DNA of 64,000 bases from NCBI RefSeq assembly GCF_009914755.1, contig NC_060934.1; one strand, written 5' to 3'. This document shows positions 42,216 through 55,466 of the stretch, one piece after another; positions within the stretch are counted from its first letter, which is position 1; each line of letters begins with the position of its first letter. The position numbers were made by a program, and so were the translations under genes. The notes beneath the pieces are model-generated. The model saw only the letters and a list, made by a program, of their open reading frames with translations, did not search any database and had not been told where the DNA came from. This stretch comes from the human T2T-CHM13v2.0 reference genome, Homo sapiens.

Positions 42216-44269
42216 TTAGAACTCTCTAGTCTCTCTCGTCCTCCACCTCGTTCTTTGCCCACATCTTAATAACTTTATCGAAATCTCAAATGTAAAAGGA
42301 TCTTCTTCAGTTTCAGATACTCAGTCCTGGCAAAGCATTCTGATTGGTGATGAGGGACGCACTATTCAAATGGCAGTGAGAGACCTGCTACTGATCACCT
42401 TCAGGGGTCCTGGCTGGCTCATGGAGGGAGGGAAGCTCTGTGAAGACAATGTTGTCGGTAATCATTTCTTCTGCTAGATGCCACCTGAAAAACAAGTCCC
42501 CAGCCTCTGGGGCAGGGGCAGTTTGCAGAGGCAGGAGCTGCTGTTCATTCTAAAGGCAGTCTTTTGCCCACTGAACATACTCGATCCTAAATGAATTTCG
42601 TCTTATTAATTTTGCTATAATTGGGGCAAACACTGCTGCTAAGAATACATTTATTTATCTTATGTTGTGTTGCTTACACAATGCCTGCCTTTATTTTTCT
42701 GCATCTTCTGTCACTACTTTCAACAGGGTGGATGGAAACCTGCTAGGTCAGTTTCCAGACAATATTTATGCAGTTTTTTTTTTTAAATACTCTTCTCGGA
42801 TCCTCTGTCCTTACATAAATGGATGCATTGCTTTTTACTAAGAAATTACTTTTTTTCATGGCACTGACTTGCAGGCCAATGGGGTGCAATTATTTTATAT
42901 TTACTGTTATGTAGGGGATCCCTTCCTGTGCTATGAGAGGGGGAGTTAAGAATGTTGAATGTTATCCCAAAGGCTAGCAAGAATGCATATTACAGTCTTC
43001 TCTACTTCAGTACAGCTGAGAGACAGGCTGTTCTCTTTCCAAACACCCACAAATATCTGGATCTGAGATTCTTTATATGCCAGTCACATTTAGGCTTGAT
43101 TTTTTTAGTCTGTAACATATCTAGGAGGATACAGGAAACTTCTAACTGGCCACTCTTTCACAAATCATGGCAATGAATGTGGTGATTTCTCCCTTGGTTA
43201 CACGATCTAAAATATAATAAATGATCGTACTGGTTTGCTTCCATAAGTCCCCAAAATGTTTTCTCCTGTATCCTTGCAATGAGTCAAAATAAATGGCCTC
43301 TCTGTCATTTTAGAAGTTAAGAATTTTTAAAAGTATATCATTCTCAGTACAAGTTACATTCTACTTCTCAAAGCATGTGCCTATCCTTTGAAGACATTAG
43401 GTTGTCTAAAAAATAAAACCAAAATTCTAATTTTCTTAATAGAATTCAATTCAAGTTACATTTCAAACCATTTCTCCTTTTATGACGTCTCTAGCTATTG
43501 GAATTTCGTGATTACGTCTTGAAACATTAGCTTAGGATCATTAAAAGAAACACCATTTTAAAATAGCTTACGACCTTAAAAAAATAGGATAAAAATTTAA
43601 CCGATCGTACTGCCATACCACATAAACACAGACATATGTGCATGTGCACACACACACTCCCTGGATCACGCACAATGTGTAATTCTGTGACAGGCAAATT
43701 AGCTGGCTGTGTAGTGATTTAGCATATAGTCCTAGTTCTTACATCTGTTTAGACCTAGCTCATTTCCCTGGTGCTTAAGCTGTTAGCTTGCATGCAAATA
43801 CCTGCTTCGAGGGGGCTGAGGCCTGCACTGCTTTGGGCCTAAATTGATTGCTGAAGTTACAGGACTGAAATGCCTCAGGTAAAAAATTCAGTCAAAAGAA
43901 AAACATTAAGTCGACAGCTATGTAAAGCATGCTGCCTGACAGCCGGGGATGCTGGGAGGATGGAAAAGCTACCGCAAATAAGGTCAATGGAATTAACACT
44001 CAATTACCCCTTGACTATGAAAGGAGTCGAAAGGAGTTGCCACTCATCCCAATACGTTTCTGACTTCAGTGAATTTTAGGTTAACCCCCTTTTTACATTA
44101 ACTATCCATAAATTAAAGACAACTGATTTATTTTTTTCTCCTCCTCCCTCAGTTTAAAAATGTTCTCTTTAGTATTTATAGATGTTTTGGCCTTTAAGTG
44201 CAGAAAAGTGCATTAATATGACCAATGCTACTCCTTGTGCCACATTAAAAGAATAATTCCAATCTCAGA

Positions 44270-45600
44270 CTCTTTTTTCCTCCCCCTTTGTCTCCTAACC
44301 TCATTATCAGCTGCCTGGCTTCCTACAGGGTACTCATTCTCATGTTCTTAGCGGGTGTCCACCTTCTCCAGATGAATATCTAAGAAAAATATATAATGTG
44401 GTTTTATATATGCTCTGAGCTCAACCTAAATATTATTGTAGAGTACTCCAGGTTGAACTTATATATTTTTAAATCAACTTTTGTTTTTCCATTGATTGTC
44501 CTTGGCAATCAATCATCTTTTGACCCCTGAGTAATAAACCATTGTATGCATAAATCATGTTTAAAAATATTTTCCCCTTACTTTGCTATGATAGTAATTT
44601 TAGTAAGTATCTCTGTGTTTATTGAATTCTCTGGGGGTATATATCCAGAAATTCCTGTGTTATAGAATATGTGCTTACAAAATTTTACTGCATGTTGCTA
44701 GCTCATACCAAAATGGCTGTAATAAATGTTTGCAAAGTCGCAGCACATGTGAGAGTTCCTATTTCTTCACAGCCTTGCTGACGTTGGCTATTATCTCAGT
44801 GTTTATTTTTTATCAGGGTAGTCATCAATTGATGCCTGTAAGCTGGAATTTCCTGATGACCTATCAGTGAGTAGGCACATCTCTTCCCATTGTCCACCCA
44901 ATTTCTACTTCAGAAATCAGGTTCAGAAATCAGAAATGGGTTTCCTTTCTTGTTTTTACTAATTTGCGGGAGTTTCTTCAATAGCCTGGGTATTAACCCT
45001 TTCTTGGTTATATAATCTGCAGTGTATTTTGTAGAGCAGAAATCCTTAATTTTGATGTCATCAACTTGTTTCATTCCCCTCTTTAGAGTAATATTTTTTC
45101 TGACATGTTTGAGAAATACTTCCTGATCCAAAGTCATAAAACTATTTTACTATTTCCCTCTCCTTCAGTACTTATTTTATATGAAGGTTTTAAATCCATC
45201 TGGATTTATTTTTGCTTATGGAGTGAGGTAGGGATATAAATGGATCATATCATGACAATGAGCTAATTTCTCCAACAGCATCAATTAAATGATCCAGTTT
45301 TTTCTTTGCTTATGTGTGATGCCGCTTCTATTATTACCCACTTTTGATAGAATACAGGTCTGGTTTTAGGCTCTCTATTTTGTTCTCTTGCTCAATTTTT
45401 CTATAACTTTATAAAAAATGTAATATTTTCATGATTTGGCATGCTCTGTGTCTTAATGTCTGGTTGGGTAATTTTAACAGCATGACACTTGTTTGCCAGA
45501 ATCCATCTGAGGTTTTGATTGGCACTGCATTGGTTTATTATAATACTTGGTAACTTTTTGTATTTTATCTCTGCACGTATAGAATGCTTTCTCCAAATAG
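44270..45600 (-). mobile_element. Ancient L1ME-type fragment
   Basis: Minus ORF 44910-45137 (VDDIKIKDFCSTK...KGLIPRLLKKLPQISKNKKGNP) resembles L1 ORF2p. Confidence 0.75.
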
Positions 45601-46480
45601 CACAGGAACTCTTCAAATTTCAATTTCAAAATGTCCAAATTTATAGAGAAGGAATGAATTTCTGTGCCAAATTAAGTTTTAAATTATTCAGTGGTATGAA
45701 TAATTACCTGTGATGGTGGTTTTGAGAAACTCTTATCTGATGAGTCCTCATTTGTTGATACGTGAACTCACCTACTTGCTGAACAGTTACTGAGCACTGG
45801 CTGCGTATAAAGCACAGTTATAAGTGCTGCCAGTAAACATTTCTCAACTTCCATGTCACTCACGTGTTTTGCATGAAGCTGCTGTACTCCTTCATTGTTA
45901 GTAGACTTAACTACTGCTTGAACAGTGAGACTTTGGGGATCTATACTCTATATTAAGAAACTCTGCTTGTATTTTTAGTAAGTGATGCTGACACTGTCAG
46001 AAGTTAATGTTGTCAGATTTGGACCCAAATGCTGATTCTCTGGAGGTCTGGACTTTAGTTCATTCTGCCACCAGCCAGGAGGTCAGTTAAATGGTCTGTG
46101 CCCCCATTTCTTCATTTGTGAAATTAAGACACAGGACCAGATGTTTTCTACAGTCTCATTCACCTCTAAAATGAATTTATGAGTCTCTGACAAGTGGGGC
46201 ATGGAAGTTCTTTGATTACACATGAAAGGGTACCTTTGGGTCTTGGTAGTGAAGAGACTGCCTATCATGGGATAGAATAAGATACTGAGGTAGGTTGCTA
46301 TGGAGCAGAGGTCTGCAGGAGAGGAGGATGTAGGTCATTGAAGAATATATGAGGCCAGGATAATGGCAAAGAAATAGAACCCGTATGTGAGGGTGGAGGG
46401 TAGATTTTTCTGGTTGAAATATATCTGAGCTAAGGCTGAACATCAGTGAGAGGTGAGAGTGTCAGTTGTTGGCAGACCTT

Positions 46481-46565
46481 AAAATAATAATTAATAATGC
46501 TATCAATAATTAATTATTATATAATTATATAATTGCATTATATAATATTATATTTAATAATAAGT
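46481..46565. repeat. AT-rich low-complexity tract
   Basis: aataataattaataat...attatataattatataattg. Confidence 0.85.
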
Positions 46566-48074
46566 ATAGCATTTGTCTACTTATGCAATATAAAGTGAAG
46601 TCATACATTATCCGTTTGGCCCTAAGAATCCCATCTTTATTCATGTTAAGTATTCTTAGCATTATTTTGCACCTGAGGAAACTGAGGCACAGTTTCTGAG
46701 GTAGACAGTTCCAACAGCCTGTCTACCAGCTTGTCATAGCAGCGCTTGGCACTTCACCCGTTTATCTTCTGACTCCCCAAACCCCACAATTTCCACCTTA
46801 CCGCAGTGCAGAGTTTCAATCTGATGAGATAAGCATGCAGAAAGGGTCTGCGGTGATTTCTCTATCTAGGGACTTAGAAAGAACTATCTTAAACCTGAAG
46901 GGTTTATTTCACTATCTTAAGTAACCAGGGCTCCGATGGAAGCCCCCCTGATTAAGGAAGAATTACGCTTTACCTTGATTTTTAAAACATCTCAGTTTAT
47001 ACCTATTGTTGACAGAAACCTCGCCATCCTGGGGGCTTTTCAGACTCTTGACTGACCTCTCCAGATCAGATAGTCAGTGTGAAGTGCAGCAGAGGAAAAA
47101 ACAAACCCTGATTTCCTTTCTTCATATTCGTGTCCCTGTGTTTTGCATCTTCCTGATTTCATAGCGTAGGAGAGTTTCAATTAGTCAGCATATAATTGAC
47201 ACTTTTTTAGTTCAATTGGCCAAGATAGGCTCTTATTCTTAAAATAGCATTTAAAAAACAGATGGAGATGGGCTTTGAGCCTGGCAAGTCTATCCAAGCA
47301 TCTGGAAAACCCCTGTTGTTAATCAGGGCATGGCTGGGAGCTGCAGGTTGCATAACTTGTAGCCTTTATGCAGGGCTCAGGGCTTGTTTGTCGTGATTTA
47401 CAGAAAGATGATTTGGATAGCACTTCCCTAGAACTAGCAGGGATTCTAGCAGTACTCATCAGAACTTTAGATGCTTTGAATTTAGATTTTATTTTTTAAG
47501 ATCAAAAAAGATTTCATGTTTTTCTTTTAATTCAAGCTCATCTTTCTTTTTAAATCACATTCATTTTTAACATCCTAAGAAATGCTTTCCCAAGAAAATG
47601 AAAGAGAAATAAAACAGAAGAGATTCTGTAACTGGCTGCTTTAAGTTTCCCAAATGTGTTGAGTCCATTCTAGTTACTATGTAACTTATTTTTATATTGC
47701 CAGAATTCCGTGGGTATCTCAAGGGAGAGACAAAAATGTAACAACTTTGCTTTCTATTATGAGAAAGGGACGATTGATGCAGATGGCAAAAAAGTGCATC
47801 TTTATGATTTGGTTATATGAGGTTTTTCTGTTGGCAAACTAGACTTTTGATGGTATGATAAGATTTTTAAAAGTTCCTGCTGCCTGTCAGCAGAGATTTT
47901 GATTTGTTGTTATTAGAATATCTTAGGTGATTTAAATGCTGTAGCTGGGTTGAGAGACATTGATGCCTGGATCATCCCTGACCTGAAGCTGCTCATTTCT
48001 TTAGAAGCCAAGTATGAGAAATAGACTAAGGAGGGCATTTTTTAATAATTAAAAATTTAATATGACTCATAATT

Positions 48075-49050
48075 TATTGAATTTTATTTTCAGTTAATGA
48101 AACAGTTTTAGTTGTACAGAAACACTGAGCAGAGAGTATAGAGAATTCCCATTCACTCCCCTGCACATAGTTTTCCTGTTACTAACATTTTACATTAGCA
48201 TGACACATTTGTAACAAATGAGCAAGTAATGAGTCATTGTTAATTAAGTGCAAGGTTTATTCAGATTTCCTTAGTTTTTACCTAAGGCCCCTTTTCCATT
48301 TCAGAATCCCATCCAAGGTATGGGATCCCCATATTACCTTCAGGCATCACGTCTCCTTGGGCTCCTTTTGGCTGTGACAGTTACTCAGATTTGTTTGGGA
48401 TGACCTTGAGTGCTTTGAGGGGTACTGGTCAGGCATATTATAGGATGCCCCTCTATTGGGATCTGTCTGATGTTCATCTGATGATTAGGCTGGGATTAGG
48501 GATTTTGAAGAGGAAGAGCACAGAGGCAAAGTGGCCATTTTCCTCACATTATATCAAGGGGACATAATATCAATTGTTGGTGTTGACCTTGATCACCTGG
48601 CTGACATAGACTTTATCAGATTTCTCTGCCTTAAAGTTATTCTGCACTCTCTTTCTATATTATATTCTTTGGAAGGAGGTTTCAGCGGAATATCACTATT
48701 AAAAAGCAGAGAGTTATAGTTCCCCCATTTAGAGTGAAGTGTCTACATAATTTATTTGGATTTTTTGAGAGATTTGTCTTTATTTCCCTGTTTATTAACT
48801 TATTAGATTACTTCTTTATATCAGTATGAGTTTATGAATGTTTGTCTTACACTTTGAATTATAATCCAATACAACTTTATTTTGTGTTCAGATATTCCAG
48901 CTTTGGCCACTGGGAATTCTTTTTCATTGGCTTCTGTCCCTGTGACATGCACCCTCATTATGGTGGGATTTCTTTTTTTTTTTAGTCATTTTTCCAAGGC
49001 ACCTTGGTTCCTTTTATTGGAGAATGGTATTAGAATCCCAGACCTGGGAG
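48075..49050 (-). mobile_element. L1MC-type 3' region
   Basis: cagttttagttgtacagaaacactgagcagagagtatagagaattccca...gttgaccttgatcacctggctga...ccagctttggccactggga. Confidence 0.75.
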
Positions 49051-51039
49051 CTCAGTTTATTTTTAAAGAAATTGAAATTCCATTAGGTAAAAACTCTTAA
49101 CTTAGCCTCATCTGCTAATGTGTTGTTCTGGTAAATGGAGTATTTGTATTAACTGGGATTAGTCCATTCATTTTATGACATTTTGGAGGAATTTGTCCTT
49201 AACTGCTCTTAAATTCATTCAAATATAAATTGTGATATTGGTTGGTGAATGATATGCTCTCGAACATGTTCAGAAAGTGGAAACAAGTTAACAGGGTCAG
49301 TTACACTCCAGGCTTGTCTAGTATTTGTTTTCAAGGTTTGCTTCTAGGTAAATAAAACACATTTTTTAATCCTTCTCCCATCCCCAACTATGACCTCCCA
49401 ACCATGATATAAAATGAGAGGGAAACACATGGATGAAGTTCTGAGACCTTTGTGTTAAAGAGCCACGAAATCCCTGGTACTATTTTTTAACACACAACCC
49501 CTGTATTTTAGTAAAAAGTGACAACATTTTAGTGTGATATGTCACTGCTCAAGAGCTAGTAGAACTGCTTGATCATAACTCAATGTAAGTATATGCACAG
49601 GATTTGAAGAAAATATGCCAACATGTTAAGAGTGGTGATTGGTTTCCCATGACCTATAATTGACTTTTAAAGTTTGCATTTTTAGTATTTTTCAAATTTA
49701 AAAGAAAATGGGAATAAATCAAAATGAAAATTGAGAACACCCTTTTCATTTTAAGGACCTGTGCAGAGGCATCTGTGGGGCTCCGCCCAGCTGTCCCACC
49801 AGCTTCCTCAGGGTTTGCTGTCCTGGTACCTTTTATCTTGCACTCTGCTCTTTATCCACCCCACAGAATTGCACAGGGCTGGAAAATTGCTGGTTCACTT
49901 CACTCTTCTCAGTATAATTTTGCATTTTGAAAGTGGAGTTTATCAAATACATGAGTGACTAACTGGTAGAATGTGTAACAGAGGAACCTTGTGTTTTATT
50001 CTGGAGTCCGTGCCCTTTGTTGTCCCCATACGCACAACTGAAGGAGTTCATGCCAGATACTGTCATTGATGCCCTTTGACCTTGCCCAAATTGCTTCACC
50101 CCTGGGCCCCCATTTCCATATTTTGAAAAATTAAAAGGTTGAACTGTATAAGTCTGTAAAGTCATTTCCATATTGAAACATGTTGTAGAAAGAAAACTTT
50201 TTTTGGATCATTTAAAAATTTTGTAACTATCTACAAGATAGTTTTGGGTGATTATTTTCACCCTTTTTCACTTGGACATCATTCATAAATTTTCGATGAA
50301 ATGTTTTTCATGATTAATTCTTCCCTCACCAAACAACATGTAAGTTTACTCTTTGGTTGATGGAAAAACACATATTTAATTTTATTTTTCACCTTATGTA
50401 CTTGTTCATTTGTCCCTTATTAGGGGACAAATGAGGAGGCTTGTCTTCCTTAGACAGAAGTTTTTAGGGCAGTAGTTTTTAAACATTTTTGATTCAAGTG
50501 TCATACTACTGCCACTAAAGACTCAAGAGAATCAACTCATTAAGTATTTGGGAGTCAGAAAATGTCAAGCTGTTAGTGAGTCACTAGTGAGCTTGCAAGT
50601 ATTTTTGCTAAGCCGTTACTTTATATCAATGACACCTATAGAATCTCATCATTTAGAAAGCACTAATAACAAAATTGGTAGAAGAGAACTTAGAGATCAT
50701 CTTATCCAACTTTCTCATGTTAAAGAAGAAATGGAAGGTGAAGAAGCTGGGCAGCTGGTTCAAGATTCTAGAGCTGATTAGTGGTGGAATTCCTGCAATC
50801 CAGCCTACTTGACTGGTAGAAACTACATCACCAAATCCAATGTTCAGTTTATAACAGATGCTAGAATATGGGTAGCGTGGGGCAAGGGACACGTGTTACG
50901 GTCATCACTAGATCCCTATTGCCTAGAACATTGCTTAGCTTTTTGTAAGTAATTGTTGGATGATTAACACTGAACAATGATCCATAGATCACTCTGACAA
51001 TGTCTTGGGCTTAGCAAATGCACCTTTGTAATATAGCAC

Positions 51040-51490
51040 TCAGCGTTCATCCCATTAGTCTTTGTTGAACACTCAAAATATGTCAAACATTGGGCTAGCT
51101 GCTAGGGCTACAACTATGAACAAAAGTGGATATGGTCTCTGCCTTCAGGGAGCTTGCAGTCTCATTGGGGTGACAGAAGAACTGCAAAAATACAGGTAGA
51201 ATTACAAATGGAGCAAGTGGTGCAAAGGAGAACAGTCTCTGAGGACCCATCACAGAGGGATCCGAGTGGCCAGGGAGGACAGGGAAGCTTCTCTGAGAAA
51301 GAGGCTCTGGCCTGCAATGTCAGGAAGGAGGAAGCATTGGCTAGATGAAAGAGGGAGGCTCCCTCCAGTGGTACTTGTTTATGCTGAGATTGAAGATCAT
51401 TGAAGAAGAGTTTTGGGAGTGTGTGGTGTGTGCGTATACGTATGCACATGAGAGAGACATGATCAGAACTGACTTTTACAGAGATAATGC
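51040..51490 (-). mobile_element. L2 3' fragment
   Basis: tttgttgaacactc...gtcaaacattgggctagctgctaggg...tggtctctgccttcagggagcttgcagtct. Confidence 0.7.
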
Positions 51491-51632
51491 TTCTAAGCCA
51501 TAAAATAGTTACCGTAATGCTCTGAGGAAAAAGCTGTTATGGCTACACATTGTCAACTTAAGAAAGTTTTAATCTAGCCTGATGGTTTTATATATAATAT
51601 AAAACCCCAAGTGTTCCTGTCTTTAGTTGGTT

Positions 51633-51701
51633 TTCCCACTAAATTGTCATTCCCACTAAATTGTCCCACGAAATTGTCATTCCCACTAAATTGTCACTCC
51701 C
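51633..51701. repeat. 17-bp minisatellite (TTCCCACTAAATTGTCA), ~4 copies, one shortened
   Basis: ttcccactaaattgtca ttcccactaaattg tcccacgaaattgtca ttcccactaaattgtca ctccc. Confidence 0.92.
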
Positions 51702-51800
51702 TTTTCCTCTGTTAAAATTTTACTTAATAAGATACCACACACAGAAGTGCCATCACTTAGGTTGTGGTCCTCAACCATTAGAATGCATAAGAATTGCCTG

Positions 51801-52092
51801 GGCCAGGTGCAGTGCCTCACACCCGTAAGCCCAGCACTTTGGGAGGCTAAGGCAGGTGGATCACCTGCAGTCAGAAGTTCAAGACCAGCCTGGCCAACAT
51901 GGTGAAACCCCGTCTGTACTAAAAATACACAAATTAGCTGGGTGTGGTGGCACATGCCTGTAATCTTAGTTACTCAGCAGGCTGAGGCAGGAGAATCACT
52001 TGAACCTGGGAGGCAGAGGCTGCAGTGAGCTGAGATTATGCCACTGCAATCCAGCTTGGGCGACAGAGCGAGACTCCATCTCAAAAAAAAAA
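51801..52092 (+). mobile_element. AluS inserted in a MER5-like element
   Basis: TSD ataagaattgcctg / ataagattgcctg; flanks resemble MER5 (gtggtcctcaac...gcataagaattgcctg...gggctgcaccc). Confidence 0.93.
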
Positions 52093-52853
52093 ATAAGATT
52101 GCCTGAAGAGGTTCCTTACAATTTGGATCATTGGGCTGCACCCTCCTGATATTCTGGATAAATTGATTTGTCGGGGGAGGGGGCTCACTGATTTGTCATC
52201 TGACTCAGCTGTTGTGTCCCTCATGAATTTTTCCTGCTTTCTCAAATTGATCTCTTCCAAATTCTCATAATTTGTTGATTTATCTTCCATAGTAGCAGTG
52301 AGCCTGGAATATCAGAAAGTGTGTGCATACTTGTTTCTTTGTTTTAGTTTTCCAAATAATTATCTTTGTACCCTGCATTACACAGTCACCGCACATTAAC
52401 AGTGTACTACCTCAGTAAATAAAGTTAATTTTATAACAAGGGCAAAAAAAAAGGTCCTTTTGGCAGTGGTAAGGTCCATAGTTTGGGAAAAAGTCAGAGT
52501 GGATTCGAGCCTCAGGGTGCCGAAGTTCAAGTGCAGACAGTGGAGTTGGAGATAGGCAGGAAAGCTGGCAATGGAGTAGAGGAGGAGGGTGAGGGAAAGA
52601 GCGGTGTCATGGCTTCCTCCTTATTTCTGCCTTGAGCCAATGGATGAATTGTGGGGTTATGTCTTCTTTGCGGTAGAGAATACTGGAGGATAATCAGGTC
52701 TAAAAGCTGGGTGGGAACCACAGTGAAGAAGTGGATATTGAAGATCATGCAAATGATGCACTTGAGTTTTTCTTGAAAAATTACCTAGATTGCCCTCAAT
52801 AATTTTAGAGTTGACCTTAAGGTATTTTGAAGCATTTTTTAGAGGTATGCACA

Positions 52854-53170
52854 TTTATTTTTTTTGTTTTTTTTTGTTTTTTTGACAAGAGTCTCACTTC
52901 TGTTACCCAGGCTGGAGTGCAGTGGCATGATCTTGGCTCACTGCAACCTCCACCTCCTGAGTTCAAGCGATTTATCCTGTCTCAGCCTCCGGAGTGGCTG
53001 GGATTACAAGTGCCTGCCACCACACCTGACTAAGTTTTTTTTGTATTTTTAGTACAGATGGTATTTCACCATGTTGGCCAGGCTGGTCTCAAACTCCTGA
53101 CCTCAAGTGATCCACCTGCCTCGGCCTCCCAAAGTGCTGGGACTACAGGTTTAAGCCACGGCTTCTGGCC
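52854..53170 (-). mobile_element. AluS
   Basis: poly-T plus antisense Alu dimer. Confidence 0.94.
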
Positions 53171-55033
53171 TACACACACATTTTTGTACATTCCCACCAG
53201 GCCACTGAGTACAATTACCATGTGATAGACATAAGAAGGAAGCAAGAGGGCATCCTGTCCACTTCTGAGTTGAGGGAATGGAGGCCCGGACATGACTTCC
53301 CTAAGAGCCCCTGTGAGTGAGTGACAGAACTGAAAATACAACCTTCTTCTCAGCACAGGATCTCTGCATTGCACCAACTGCCTTTTAATCCCTTTGTTCC
53401 TTGTTGCTGAATAAAATTTGAATTTCTAACGTTAAGCATTTGGGTTGATTTCAGGTTTTGGGAAATCCTATTAAAAAAGAAAGAAGAATCCTTCCCTTCC
53501 TGCCTTATTTTTTCCTGGACATCCTTAAAGCTTCCTGGGGAACCTGGAGGCTGATGAGAATCCTTAAATGCAAATCTATCAGCTCTGTCTGGGGCCACAA
53601 GACTTGAACTTAAATCCAGTATTTTATCTCATGTTTTGTGTCTACACTCCAGAAGTGTATTATAACACATTGGCATGTGGCCTCTTGACAGGGACTGTGC
53701 AAAATATTCTGTAGCCATGAAAGATCCCAAGAAATATTCTATTTTGCTGATATTGTAGAAACACATCTACAGTACAGAATTTTTAAAAATTGACCATATA
53801 TTTGCTTTGTTTACATGGTAAAATTATTTTGCTAAACTAGTCATATTTATCTTCCCCTTTGGCCCTATCTCAGTTGGCAGAGTGGAGAGAAATAGAGATG
53901 TGAGAGGCTATTATCTAGGTAATTCCATGGAAAATATATGTACTTTTCCAATCGTTGAAATATTTCATATTTACTAGAAATAAAAACCGTGAGTTAGAAT
54001 TCCATTGTTTTCTTTAGTCGCATACGTTAAACTGAAGGAGTCAGTCCATGACACGGTTGAGCTGATTATTTTAAAGTGGATTGATCCAATTTGATTATTC
54101 ACATATGGAATTTTAAGAAATCACCCAGACAATAGTTAATTGTATCATGTTTCCACTTTACCTTAGGCAAAAGAAGAAGGCCCACTACAGATGTACAGAG
54201 TTCATTTGAACTATGTGGGTGTACAAATGTTCCTGGGGGCTTTTCCCTCTGGGCCAAGGTCAGGCGAGGGCAGTACCCACACACTCTCCAGGGTTAGCTG
54301 CATTCTCCACTGAGCAGCCCTTCTCTAGTGAAGGGAGCTGAGGGGCACTGGGAGGGTCCCAGACCCCAAATATCTTCCTAACTTCCTCTTCCCAGAATGT
54401 TTGTGTGTTTTGCACTTATGTGTCAATCTTTTCATAAAACCCAATAGATTGAAATTGTATCTCATGACCTTATCAGAAAAGGAGGAGGCAGCAATCTGTT
54501 AATTGTGGCATGAGAATTGAAGATTGACATGTGAGTCCCATAGGTGATACTGGGGTGCTAACAGGGTCATTGGGAAGCCAGCAATGTATGAAATGCACCT
54601 GCTCAGAAGTTTTCCTAACGTTGACCAGCTGAACCTACAACTCAATACTTCAGTTTGGGAATGCATGTTGGTAGGATACCCCAGTCATAGAAAATATGCT
54701 TACTCTTCAGGTCCTGCTTTCTGTTTATATAAAGTGGGAGGCTGGGAACATGACCTCTGACATGTCCTCTGGAACTCCCTGGGGACTTCCTTTTAAATGA
54801 TGTAGTTGACAATGAACTCTTTGGAGAGGCAGATGCTGCTGGCCAGTGTGTTGCTGGCAGGGTGTTTTCACCCAGACACTGCTGGGTGTGATGGAGCAAG
54901 TGCTGCAGACCCACGTGTTCTGTCTCCTCCTTCTAAGCTGCAGCAGTTTCACGCCATGGCCTTCCTCGGTGAATATGGTATCATCAACGCTGGAGATCTG
55001 CTAATAATTTATGAAGTGCATGAAAATATTATT

Positions 55034-55466
<433 letters not shown>

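Noticed and set aside
51633-51701. Short regular repeats that could suggest a CRISPR-like array (also 3047-3153, 22923-23022)
   Set aside because: Head-to-tail tandem units without unique spacers, no cas genes, and primate genomic context
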